Positions 42,930 to 53,954 of a DNA stretch of 64,000 nt are shown in pieces. Origin of the DNA: Eledone cirrhosa (lineage: Eukaryota); the NCBI GenBank assembly GCA_964016885.1, contig OZ024741.1:111352001-111416000 (forward strand), in the 5' to 3' direction. The position numbers were made by a program, and so were the translations under genes. The notes under the pieces are model-generated. The model ran no database searches, was not told where the DNA came from, and worked only from the letters and a program-made list of their open reading frames with translations. Position 1 is the stretch's first letter. Each line of letters begins with the position of its first letter.

Positions 42930-43995
42930 ACATGTACACAAACACAACCTACTACAAGCTATTGATGACATTTGTGGTTGAAGTAAAGCACCTGCCAAAC
43001 AGAGTGTGACCTGGTGGTAGAACAACACTGTGAATAGAGCTGTGAAAGCCAAGAGACAGAAATGGAAAGACTGGAATAAATGGCAGCAGCAAAGGTAAGT
43101 ACTAGATAACTAAAAGAGAAGCTAAACAACAGATATACTCAGCATGCAGAGAAGCTGAAACTGGAGGTTTGCCAATATCTTGACATGAGGATCTGAGATG
43201 TGAAGTGTTCCGCATTGCAAAGCAGTGTATTAGAGAAAACCAGGATGTTGTTGGAAAAAAGTGTTTTAAATGACACCAGTACACTTAGCATCACTGAAAG
43301 AGGCATGGATATACTATTATGAGAGGTTGACGAATATGGACAATGAGTGGGAAAAAGCGAGACTATCCCCTCTGCTGACTCAACAAGGGGACCATCAGTT
43401 AAAATTGACAGATATAGGATCAAAGAAGCAATCAAGGAGATGAAAAATAGTAAAGCCACTGGCCCATCAGAGATAGTTGTGGAGATGCTAAAATCTTCTG
43501 AGGAAATAGTAGTTGACTTAGTCATCCACATAATCAACCAGGTAATATATAATAATGTCATACATTATGACAAGCATTGCATGAGAAAAGAGAAACAATA
43601 GGGTTTAAAACTATAGGATCAACTAATGAAAGTGACATAAAGAGTTTTAGCACAACTTATTAGGGAAAGAATCAAATTAGATGAAATGCTGTTTGGTTTT
43701 ATGTCAGAGAAGAGCACCACAGATGTCCTCTTCTTAGTGTGAGAACTATAAGAGTGTACAAAAGTGACGACTAAGCTGTTATGGGCTTGTGATACATATG
43801 AAGGACGACAGCTGCATAAAAAAATGCAGAATCTCAAAGTTAATGGAAATTGCAGAAGAGGTAGAGCAAGAAAAACTTGGGATAATGTGGTAAAGGCTGA
43901 CCTCACAAAGCTGAACATTACAAAGGGGATGACACAGGGTAAAGTTGATTGGAAATATGTTGTCCTACAAAAGACTTGCCTTCCCACATGAGCAG
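42930..43995 (+). mobile_element. Old, internally deleted RTE LINE
   Basis: EAIKEMKNSKATGPSEIVVEMLK; GRARKTWDNVVKADL; many stops. Confidence 0.7.
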
Positions 43996-44551
43996 GGTGA
44001 AAGGAGTATGGAGAGGATGGTGGTAAAAGCAGAGAGGTGTGACAGTATTTAGGTCCACATCTCCTTACCTCATTATATAACCTCCCTCTCCCACTTATAT
44101 ATATAATCCTCCTCTATTCCTCTCCATCACTTTAGTCTTCCTGCTCATTCACATCACTGATTCCTCCTTTTTTGTTCAACTCATGTCAGCATGGAAAGAT
44201 GGATGCACCCATACAGTGTATTGCCAGATGTTAGTTCACCTTCTCATGCAATGTCGAAAATATTAGTGCTGGTGCCACAATAAAATGCACTTAGTCTACA
44301 CTGTAAAGTGGTAGTGCTAGTGCCACAATAAAATGTACTCAGTCAACATTGTAAACTGGTAGTACTGGTGCCATTCCTTCTTTACAGTGTTGGCTGAATT
44401 TCATTTTATTGTGGTATCAGACACAAACACACACATATCTGTAATTTAGAGATCTTAATTGTTAACAAGTTAAGAAATAATCTACAATCTTACTAAACCA
44501 TATTCTTTACAATATCTCAATTTATAATAATCATATTTCTTTTCATTGCAG

Positions 44552-44710
44552 ATAGACTATCAAGAATTGATTAATTTTCTAGAAACCAAAGGAATTAATG
44601 TTCAATCTCGCTTCCTTGGATATTTTGGCAAACCAATCAATGATTTACAATCATATTTGACAGCAATAACTGAGACAGTATTGAACCATACTAAAAGATC
44701 TTTTGTAGAG
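44552..44710 (+). CDS. Patatin-like phospholipase exon
   Basis: ttgcag|ATA..GAG|gtattt; IDYQELINFLETKGINVQSRFLGY..RSFVE; completes the EF-hand-like loop NTNKDSKIDYQE. Confidence 0.85.
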
Positions 44711-44862
44711 GTATTTCTAGTAATTTATCAAAATGTATCATCACTATTGTTGCTGTAATCATTGATGTCACTACACACCACTCCTATCATTATTATTACC
44801 ATGTAATAAATCATTAATATTTCTACTACTACTTCTCATTGCTATATTTTCTGACATTGTAG

Positions 44863-44958
44863 GAACGAGATAAAGATCGTACAATTGGTATCAATACAGG
44901 ATATATCGGCACAACAGACTTTAGTTTGGAAGATGAAGACAAACAGTTCCTGATTAGG
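44863..44958 (+). CDS. Patatin-like phospholipase exon
   Basis: ttgtag|GAA..AGG|gtatta; ERDKDRTIGINTGYIGTTDFSLEDEDKQFLIR, the RTI.I....TTDF.L pattern typical of patatin C-termini. Confidence 0.87.
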
Positions 44959-46797
44959 GTATTAAAATCTATATATTGTAATGTCTCTCTGGTAAAAGGC
45001 GGCCAGTCCACCATGTAAAGGTGGTAGCACTGGTTCCACGACAAAATACATCCAGTCCACCCTGTAGGGTGGTAGTGCTGGTGCCACAATAAAAAGTACC
45101 TAGACCACTCGGTAAGGTGGGAGTGCCAGAGTCACTGTAAGATTCCTCCAGTACATGCTGTAAATTGGTTGGCATTAAAAAGGGCAACCAGCTGTAGAAA
45201 TGATGCCATAACAGCATATGAGCAAGACATGGTCACCTGACCTGTCTAGCCTCAGTATGATAATGATGACTCACCTCTTCTGACAATATAAAAATAAAAA
45301 AGTTCTCTTAGATACCCTAAGGCTCATAAAGCCAGCTGTAGAACCTTCTGTAAGGAAAACAAACAGTAGGGTTGGTGCTAACATACTTAATGTAGAGAGT
45401 CAAGAAATATCAATTGAATTAACATGTGTAGTGAGGAGGAAATAGTATGGGCTTTGGCAGTATAGTGACAATTCTGGACATGTTTTGGTCATATTATACC
45501 TCATCAGCAAAGCATGTTATCAGAACAGCTAAAGCTAAGATGGTTCACTACATTATGTTAACACTGATTCAATTCAATTCACTTAACACATATAATCATC
45601 ATTCTTTTTCAGTCTGTCTCACTATTAACTGGCCATAGCTAACCTCTACATATTATTTTCTCTGAATAGTTTTAATCTATTGCACAGTATAACCCTTCTG
45701 ATCTCAACCCACCTATTTTAAAGAGTTCCTACTTAAATTAAAATCTTCCAACATAATCTTGTATAAGAACATTTTGTTTTGTTACAATCTTAATGACATT
45801 ATAATTTTAGTAAGTCCTTAATCTATAAAGTATTTCATTAGAAATATGGTAATGAAAGAGTTAACACAACCTAACTCTTTGTGTTTAGCAAACTGAACTC
45901 TTTTGCAAACATTCAGAACCAGTGTCTGATGTGGGGATAACTTCCTCCCACCTGTCACAGAGACCCCCCAAAAGGCTCACGAGGGCTGCTATTATTCCCC
46001 TGATTGAGCTATCAAAAAGAAGGAAAGAAAGAATAAGCTTTTAAATATGATTTCCATATTGAGCTGGGATGAATTTCCAGAGGGCTGCAGTTCTGTGAAG
46101 AAATGACAATCTCCCTAGTGTTGGTGTCATGATAAATGCACTTGGTAGAGCATGGAATCATATGTTGGGCCCCTGGCTCTGCTTGACTACTGACTGATCT
46201 GTGATAACATGTATAACCCTTGCTAGCAAGGATGTTAAATGATGATAATGATGTCTATTAGTTAGATTACATTTGTTATGTAATCGGGCATATTTATCTG
46301 TATGGTTACTGCATATCTTAGAAATGTAAGCAGTATTTTATGTGATCTATATTTATGCTTTAACTCTTAACAACCTGTAATGATTTAGCAGAAAATATAT
46401 AAACAGGTTTGTTCATTTAAATGATTATAGTTTCTTTACTTGAGTACAGGTCCTTGTGAAAATTTGCAGTAAACAAAATTAAAGACTTTAGTTTTTTTAT
46501 GTGATGCACTAATAGTGCTATTTTATACTTTTCAAGAATGTCTTATTAATGTGGTTTGTTAACTCAAATGTTTACGGTGGACAGACTCTTGTGAAAATTT
46601 GCAGTAAACTAAAAACTTTAGTGATGCAGTAATAGTGCAATTTTGTACTTTTCACGAACAACTTGTTAATGTGGTTATATATAGTACAGGCCATTAAGAA
46701 TTAAACGATAATGTGTGTGCATACTTCTGTCTCTAGACATCAAATCTATTATTTAACATTGAATGTTTTTAAAGATTTTGTTTATTTTGTTTTTCAG

Positions 46798-46920
46798 CAA
46801 GGATGGAACAGTACTGTGGCCTTCTTTCGAGAATACCTCAATTATCACCGTGGCTATTTGAATAAATATTCTCACAAGAATCACACACTAACATCTACAA
46901 CAAGTTCAGAAATCTTATAG
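46798..46920 (+). CDS. Patatin-like phospholipase terminal exon
   Basis: ttttcag|CAA; QGWNSTVAFFREYL..SEIL, stop TAG at 46918-46920. Confidence 0.83.
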   Translation, partial: QGWNSTVAFFREYLNYHRGYLNKYSHKNHTLTSTTSSEIL

Positions 46921-46987
46921 CAACAATCAAAGGCCTTGAAACATTTTCAAAGAATCTCAATGCAGAGGGTAGCTGTGAACAGCTGAT

Positions 46988-47717
46988 TGCTATGTGCATA
47001 GTAAAAAATCAGGTTAAAATATAACCTCATATTGAGTGGAAGAATGGAGAGAGGGTGAGAGCTAAAGAAAGAGAGTCTAAGGTATGAGATGAGAAATGAG
47101 AGGAGATAGAAAAAGAGAAAGAAGAGAAAAAAGTGGAAATAAGAACAATAGGGCAAAAAATATACTCATTGCTTCAATCCTTTTCAATGTTTACATACAT
47201 AATTTGAGTCATTTTGGCTTTCTAAATTAAACGGATAACTGTGCCAGAGACAGGTAACTCCTTACATCTTTATTTTTGTCTCTACCATGCTACTACTTCT
47301 GCTAACTTCTCGCCTACTGCTGCTCCTGTCAGAATAACAGACAGCCTCTTTTCCGATTGACCACAATTCAATACAGATGTGTCCCTCTGCTCTCGTCTTG
47401 TATGTTTCCCACATACCAGTTTCATACCAACAAACATTTTTATTCTGTTGCGAGGGTTTGACTTATATACATAATACTTCCTTTTCCATTTGAAATATGT
47501 GAATCTAGAAGGAAGCTGATGAAGTGATTATGACACTATAGTTCTTTAGTTTACATTCTTCATCCTTTCTCCATTGTTTTTTATCTTCCATAATTCTCCA
47601 AAGAAAAAAAAAAATTTTCTGTTCCATCATTCTCCTCTCTTCTCATGCTTTAGACTCTCTTTCTTCTACTGAATATGAGGTTATATTTTAACCTGACCTT
47701 TTGCTATGCACATAGCA
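46988..47717. repeat. Inverted repeat pair (arms ~46988-47107 and ~47631-47717) downstream of the stop codon
   Basis: tgctatgtgcatag..tcaggttaaaatataacctcatatt..aagaaagagagtctaa is reverse-complemented in the second arm. Confidence 0.8.
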
Positions 47718-48759
47718 GTATTTTTATAGAAATTGTTCATCTTACATTATTTCTTTTTCCCTCAAACTCTTACATTTCATCAAATTTATATCATAAATTA
47801 ACTTAAAATATCTGTCTGCCTGCCTGTTCAGGTGTCCTAAAAATTCTTACGAATCTGACAAATCAAAAATATATTTATATTTTTTTTTAACCTCTTCAGT
47901 CAGTTGTCTCCAAGTGATATTATTCTATGCTAGAATTGAACATGGAAATTTAACATCTATTTTCCTTGCAAGGGCCGGACAAGTTGTCACAGACTGAGTT
48001 AGTACTCAAGTTGAGCTACTGACCTCTCAGATGGGTAGGGTCCTGTATCTCACACTCTACCAAGTGCTCTGACAGGCTGGGGGCCCTGCACCTCAAATAC
48101 ACTGCTGTGCTTTACTGAGTACATGTTACTATTGTTTCAGTCCGTTTAAGGATATCCAGACAGTACAATATTCGATGTGACTGGTATTCCTAATATGACA
48201 AGTGACCATATTGAGTATATGTTCCTGTTTAGTCCCTTCACAGGTTAACACTTATGATCAAAGATATTCAAACTATGTCTATCAAGTCATTGTTCTAGTC
48301 TTCTCCATGTCTTTCCACTGGGACCATGAGGCAGACTACCCTTAACTTTCATTTATGGCAGTGGCATGTGAAATAAAGTTCCCTCGCTAAACTAAACTGA
48401 GGGCAATTTGTAACAAGTAAACCCTTAGAACCTTATTGACATGCCTTAGGATTTGTTTCTTGAGAGACTTTGGATGCTAATTCCTGCAGCATGAGTGACC
48501 ACAAAGATAAGTGGTTCCTGAAGTTTTTTTTTTTTACACTAGGTACATTTTTGAATGAGTAATGTTGCTAAATTCGAAATTTAAAAAAAAAAAAAATATA
48601 TATATATATACATTTGTATTTCCTTCTTCAGTCAATAAATGTAACAAAGTTATCAATTAGAAATGTTTTGTGTTTCTTTTGGTCATGCTTTCATTTTTAG
48701 TTTGGAAATGAGTGACAGAGACATCCTTGTTAGCAGCAACAAGAGTTCGTGGGCTGTGA

Positions 48760-48927
48760 TAATAATTGTTTCTACTTTTGGCACAAGGCCAGCAAATACT
48801 CAGTACATTACTGGTACTTTATTTTATCGACTCTGTAAGGATGAAAGGCAAAATTAACCTCGGACCGTAAAGAGACGTAACTATGCTGGAAAGCATGGTG
48901 TCCGACGCTCTACCGATACTGCCAATT
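48760..48927 (-). mobile_element. tRNA-derived SINE family 1 (internally deleted)
   Basis: Matches 419-604 but lacks the B-box segment. Confidence 0.75.
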
Positions 48928-50456
48928 CAGAAAATAGATGTTAACAGAAAAACCCCTCAGATTTTGAAAATGTTTTTTTTTGTTTACAATAATTAAAAAA
49001 ATCAAATCAAAGCTATTTGGGGAATGGTGGGTGGATGGACGGGGAGTGTATAGAAAATAATTCCTAAACGTTCCAATTTAAAATGTAGATTTTAGGAGAG
49101 ATAATTTACATGGGATGCTTATTATGAAACACAAAATGAAGTTGGAGGAAGAGACTGGTTGATATCTTGGAATATACATAGGCACAGGTATAGTAGAAAA
49201 GGAGATCAAAGAGTCACTCCAGGTAGAGCTGCTACATCTCTGAATTGAGAGATCACAGCTCCGATACTATGGGCAATGTGAGTAGAATGTCTCAGGAAAG
49301 AATCACTTGACAGATTTTAGGGACAAAACCAACAGGTAGGAGACCCAGAGCTAGATGATTGGATAACATCCATGAGCTTGGCTGGTTACGCTTGGGGATC
49401 CAACCGGATCAGTCGCTTCTGACAGGGCCTGCTAGAGAGAGTGTTTGAGAGAGTGTTTGGCTAAATTAAGACGGCGCCAAAGCATGGCAGCAGTCTACTA
49501 ACTGTAACAAGTAAAATATACGCAGACAACTTTACGGTATTTAAAACCTGTAATAATGTAAATAGGCTCTTCAAGCAAGTAAGAAAGAAGAAAAATAAGA
49601 GACAAGAAGAATGAGAACAGTTTTATTCAATAACACTTTGAGAATGTCAGCATACACAGGCAAATATGAATGAACAAGCTTATGAATGAGTGTCGGATAA
49701 AATGCCTTGCGGCATATAGTTACAGCCCTTTACGTTCCAAGTTCGAATGCCACCGAGAATGGCTTTGACTTACGGGGTCGATTTAATAGACCCCCCCCCC
49801 CCATTCAAATTGCTGGCCATGTGCCAAAAGTAGAAACAATTCAGCTTTGCATAGCAAGGGAAACAACCATCTTGGTTTATTTTTAATTGAAAATGTTGTC
49901 TCCCCTGCTGTACGAAACTAAATAAACACCTTCCAGAAAATTCGATAAGTTCTACATGCAAGATAATTTATTACATTAACTTAAAAACCAGCAAAAATAT
50001 TCATTTCTTTATCTTTTGTTTTTGTTAGTTAACATTAACAGTCTTTAAGTAAACCACTCATTACATTTCAACCAATCTGAGCAAATGGCGCCACTTAAAA
50101 TTCAGCAAGAATCATTCTACGTTGTATATTTCTCTCACTGCCTTGGTTCATATATAAATTATTTTAATCGAGAATACTTTGACACGGTGAAATAACTTGG
50201 AATATCCTAACTGGAAATAGATAACACACGCGGCAAAGAATTCTCTTCTTGAATAATAACAAAATTAGTTTTAACTTCCCAATAAAACTAAGCTTTTCTT
50301 CGACCTTAACTAATCAGAAAATATTTTCTATATATTTATATATAAATAATCCATTAATTACATTTCAAATTACTAAACTTTGAACATGGGTTATCAGAAC
50401 ATTTAACAGGGCTATTTTATCTTAAATACTTGGAAATAGTATTTAAAAGAAGTCTC

Positions 50457-51686
50457 TCAAGAATTAATCTCGATCTTTTCCACGGCTTCTTCTAATTTAT
50501 CGCTATCTTTGTCGGTTCCTACCTGTTTTTCTCGGTCTTTCTCTTTAGCCAGCTTCTCCTCTTTTTCTTTCTCAGCCTTTTTCTCCATTTCTAGCTCTTC
50601 AAACTGCTTTCGAAGACTTGCACAGAATTTCTTATGTGAAGGATAGCGTAGTTTCTGGCAACGTTGGTCACAATAGTAGACCATTTTACAAGCGGAACAT
50701 TTCTTGGTAGCTTCTATTTCTCCACAAGAGTCACAATTGAAATTGTCATTCTTAAACTGCTGTCCGTGAACACAGTTAGTGAGGACTGAAAAAGCAGTAG
50801 GATAATTTCCGATTGCTACAGGAGACACAGTTCGCACAAACTGTACAAATAGATCAGACTCTATGTAAGGGAATTCTTTCATCGACTGACGTATAAGCTT
50901 TTCAGGTTTTTCGGCAAACCCATCACTGTCTCTACCTTTCACTAAACTCTTAATCCAAGTATGAAGTGACTTTTCTTTTTCATTGTATGATTTGGCGACA
51001 TTTCGGATCATAAACGAATAATAGTTTACCTTAATAGCCATCACATCATTTGTGTCAGCACTCTTCATGCTTTTCTCACACATGATCTCCAAAACTTTGC
51101 GCACCTTTTCAGAATCTTCTAGAAGACTTGAGTTTGCTTCTAAATAAAAAGAAATTTTCACTGGATGAAGGTATGACTTGTTAAGCAGTTCCAGTAGTGG
51201 TTTAACTAAATGTTTTGGAAGTTTCGGTTCCGTTTCCAAACCTTGTGGTTGTGAGTAATATTCCACTTCACCCAGGCTGACAAAATTGTTGATAGCAGAC
51301 ACACATTTGTGATATCCAACAAAGGCTGCCATTTGAGCAGCTGTTCGATTGACACGATTCAATGGGCTAGTCTTTGATCCAGCATTTAATAACAGCCTAA
51401 CAAGATCGGGTTTACCAGAAAGACCTGCAAACATTAGTGCAGTGTAACCATCAATGTGATAGTTTGAGTTAACATCAGCCCCATGTTGTAAGAACAGCTC
51501 ACATAAATCTTTTCGTCCTTTGAATGCAGCATGTTGTAATGGTGTAGTTCCTTGGTCATCCAGACAATCTATACGCACTCCAGGTTGGCTTAGTAAATTC
51601 TTAATTTCTTCCAGTGAAGCTGTAGGTATTTTATCTACGAGTTCCTTTTCAGCTTCGTTTAAATGATCTAAGACATTCGACGCCAT
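50457..51686 (-). CDS. ANKMY2: Ankyrin repeat and MYND domain-containing protein 2-like, intronless, 409 aa
   Basis: Uninterrupted ORF from aaacATGG (51686); three ankyrin repeats (GTTPLQHAAFKG, GYTALMFAGLSG, NRTAAQMAAFVG), LHPVKI motif, MYND finger CDSC..CSAC..YYCDQRCQK..HKKFC, charged C-terminal tail. Confidence 0.93.
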   Translation of the reverse strand: MASNVLDHLNEAEKELVDKIPTASLEEIKNLLSQPGVRIDCLDDQGTTPLQHAAFKGRKDLCELFLQHGADVNSNYHIDGYTALMFAGLSGKPDLVRLLLNAGSKTSPLNRVNRTAAQMAAFVGYHKCVSAINNFVSLGEVEYYSQPQGLETEPKLPKHLVKPLLELLNKSYLHPVKISFYLEANSSLLEDSEKVRKVLEIMCEKSMKSADTNDVMAIKVNYYSFMIRNVAKSYNEKEKSLHTWIKSLVKGRDSDGFAEKPEKLIRQSMKEFPYIESDLFVQFVRTVSPVAIGNYPTAFSVLTNCVHGQQFKNDNFNCDSCGEIEATKKCSACKMVYYCDQRCQKLRYPSHKKFCASLRKQFEELEMEKKAEKEKEEKLAKEKDREKQVGTDKDSDKLEEAVEKIEINS

Positions 51687-52184
51687 GTTTAAACTAATAC
51701 TATTTATTCTAAGTCGAAGCTTCGTATTCATATCAACTATATGTTGAATGTTTATTAACAATTTTAATTTATTATACGAATACAATATTAAATTCTTCTA
51801 AATATCTTCAATACAATTTACTGAAATTTATCGTCGTATAAATTTGTTGTTTTATTGGATGATAGTATAATATACAAAAAATACCAAAATAACATTCAAT
51901 GACAAATTTTTTTTCCTCCAGTTTTTTTAATGATTTCAAAATTTACTGAAAAACACAGGCATTGTATTTCATTAAAAATACAGTAAAGAAAAAAGGTTAA
52001 AAGTATTTCTTTCATAAAAAAAATGAATTTTAATTAGAAACTGATTCGGGTTAGGAGACAGCAGGATTATTATTTTTTTTGTACATAAAAACAAATATAT
52101 ATTTATTAGTTGTATAAATTTACAGTAGAATAACGTTGCAACACAATAATATAAATTCAGTGAACAAAAATATATTTCCCTTTC

Positions 52185-52800
52185 AATTCTTCTTGCGCTT
52201 GCTCGATGGGACTGGGATCATCCTAGGTCAGCAATCCCAGAAGCGTCACCGTGCGCTGAGCCGACCAGACCGACAAGTGCCCTTGATCGTTGGCGGTCCA
52301 GTGTCAGCCCCTCTGCAAGGTGACGTCAAGCCACTGGATATCTTCCTTAATCAAAACCAGCCATCTAGTCCACAGCTGCTGCGTCGAACAAGAGTAAGAC
52401 CCTGGTAGAATGGTTTGGCAGGAGGCGGAGGTCATGTCCATACCAGCACTGGCAACAGATGGCTATGAGGCTGGAGACTGATATGTGCACGCATGCAGCT
52501 CTTCGTTGGAAACATGGTGGTACCATTTGATGGTCCTCAGGTCTCTGTTATCAAAGCCTTTGATCCTATTTGCAAGGTTCTTCGTGGAGGGAAGGGGGCA
52601 CGTTTCTGGCGAAGAATGGAGAAACCTGATGCATTGTAGATACGGCGCATTGTAGATAGAGCAATGATGCCAAAGAGGCTTCCACAGAGTGCATGATCCC
52701 AATGGCCAGGCCACATCTGCAGTTGATCTCTGGGGTCAAGTCTCCATTGTTGGTGACTATGGAGCCTAGGTAAATGAAGGAGCTGTAAACTCCATGATGT
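52185..52800 (-). mobile_element. Old RTE-clade LINE 3' fragment
   Basis: FIYLGSIVTNNGDLTPEIN..; KWYHHVSNEEL; decayed. Confidence 0.65.
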
Positions 52801-53387
52801 TGGGGCCAATATGAAGTGAGGGAGGATTCAGGCCATTGCCGACATGCATCAGCTGGCCTTGCAGTGGCGAATTCATTGCAGGAGACCACTGCCTCAAGGA
52901 CTGGACAGGCCTCTGTGGTGTACCAAATTAATATTGACTGTTCTGTCATTGTTGAGCTGATTTAGACGGTATTTTGCTGCTAGTTCTAGCGTCAATATAA
53001 GCCTGTTGTATTGTCCTAAGTAGAAAATATTCATACAGTAATTCAATGTTGCATCATGTTGCTTCACCATGTGGTCTACTAATGGTATGGTATATATGAT
53101 ATGTCCCTTTGGGTAGAATATATTCATATAGTAATTCAACAATACAGCACCTTGTTCACCATATGATCTAGTAGCAAAATGGTATGTATAATATATTTTC
53201 AATTTGTCCCCTTAATTCTATGAAGAATCCACATCCCAATGAAGGAACTTAAGTTCTTCCAATATTGGTTATTCCAATGTCTTGGAATTCCTGATGTATC
53301 TTGAGTTCCAGAAACCATATTTAGGGTAGTATATTAGTTAAAATTGACATTTTTTTAGCCAATTTGACTTGTACCCCCCTTAAATTT

Positions 53388-53439
<52 letters not shown>

Positions 53440-53520
53440 CAGTATGGAATCAATTTAAAACTGGTTGGACCATTACTCAACAGAGTACTTGATACTTGGG
53501 GTAGTAGAATATGGTTACAA

Positions 53521-53635
53521 TATAAAGAATTAGGACTCGACGGCTGAGCTCTTGCCATTTCAAAAGCTAGTTCCAGACTCTGAAACTAGCTGTTGAAACA
53601 GCAAGAGCTCAGCCATCAGGTCTCGACTCTTTATA
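53521..53635. repeat. ~115 bp imperfect palindrome (long hairpin)
   Basis: ggctgagctcttgc..ttcaaaagctagtt pairs with aactagctgttgaa..gcaagagctcagcc; outer tataaaga pairs with tctttata. Confidence 0.85.
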
Positions 53636-53954
53636 ATATATATTTAATAGAATGTTGCAGTTTGCTTGAAGCTTTGTGTATAGTATATAATGTAGAAAAT
53701 GATGTTTAAGAAGGCTAAGATAATGTGAAATGGCCGGTAAAATGAAGGCAATGAAAAAGTTTGTTACTTGGTATTTATTGTTATTGTTTTATTTTTTCCT
53801 AATTTATTGGGACTTTAAAAATCATACAGTCGTCCTTTTGTACATAAGGAGACACCTTTTATGGTCAACAGTAGGAGTAACTCTCAGAATTTTTTCCATC
53901 CTACCTTTATGCTCTCAGAGCACCCCCCTTCCTCCATTGTTAATTACATTGACT

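Noticed and set aside
47514-47550. CTGATGA followed by a short stem (second hammerhead candidate)
   Set aside because: No GAAA after stem II and no stem I or III pairing
51687-51785. 33 aa N-terminal extension of ANKMY2 in the ORF track
   Set aside because: Begins at a non-ATG codon in AT-rich sequence; aaacATGG at 51686 is the more plausible start
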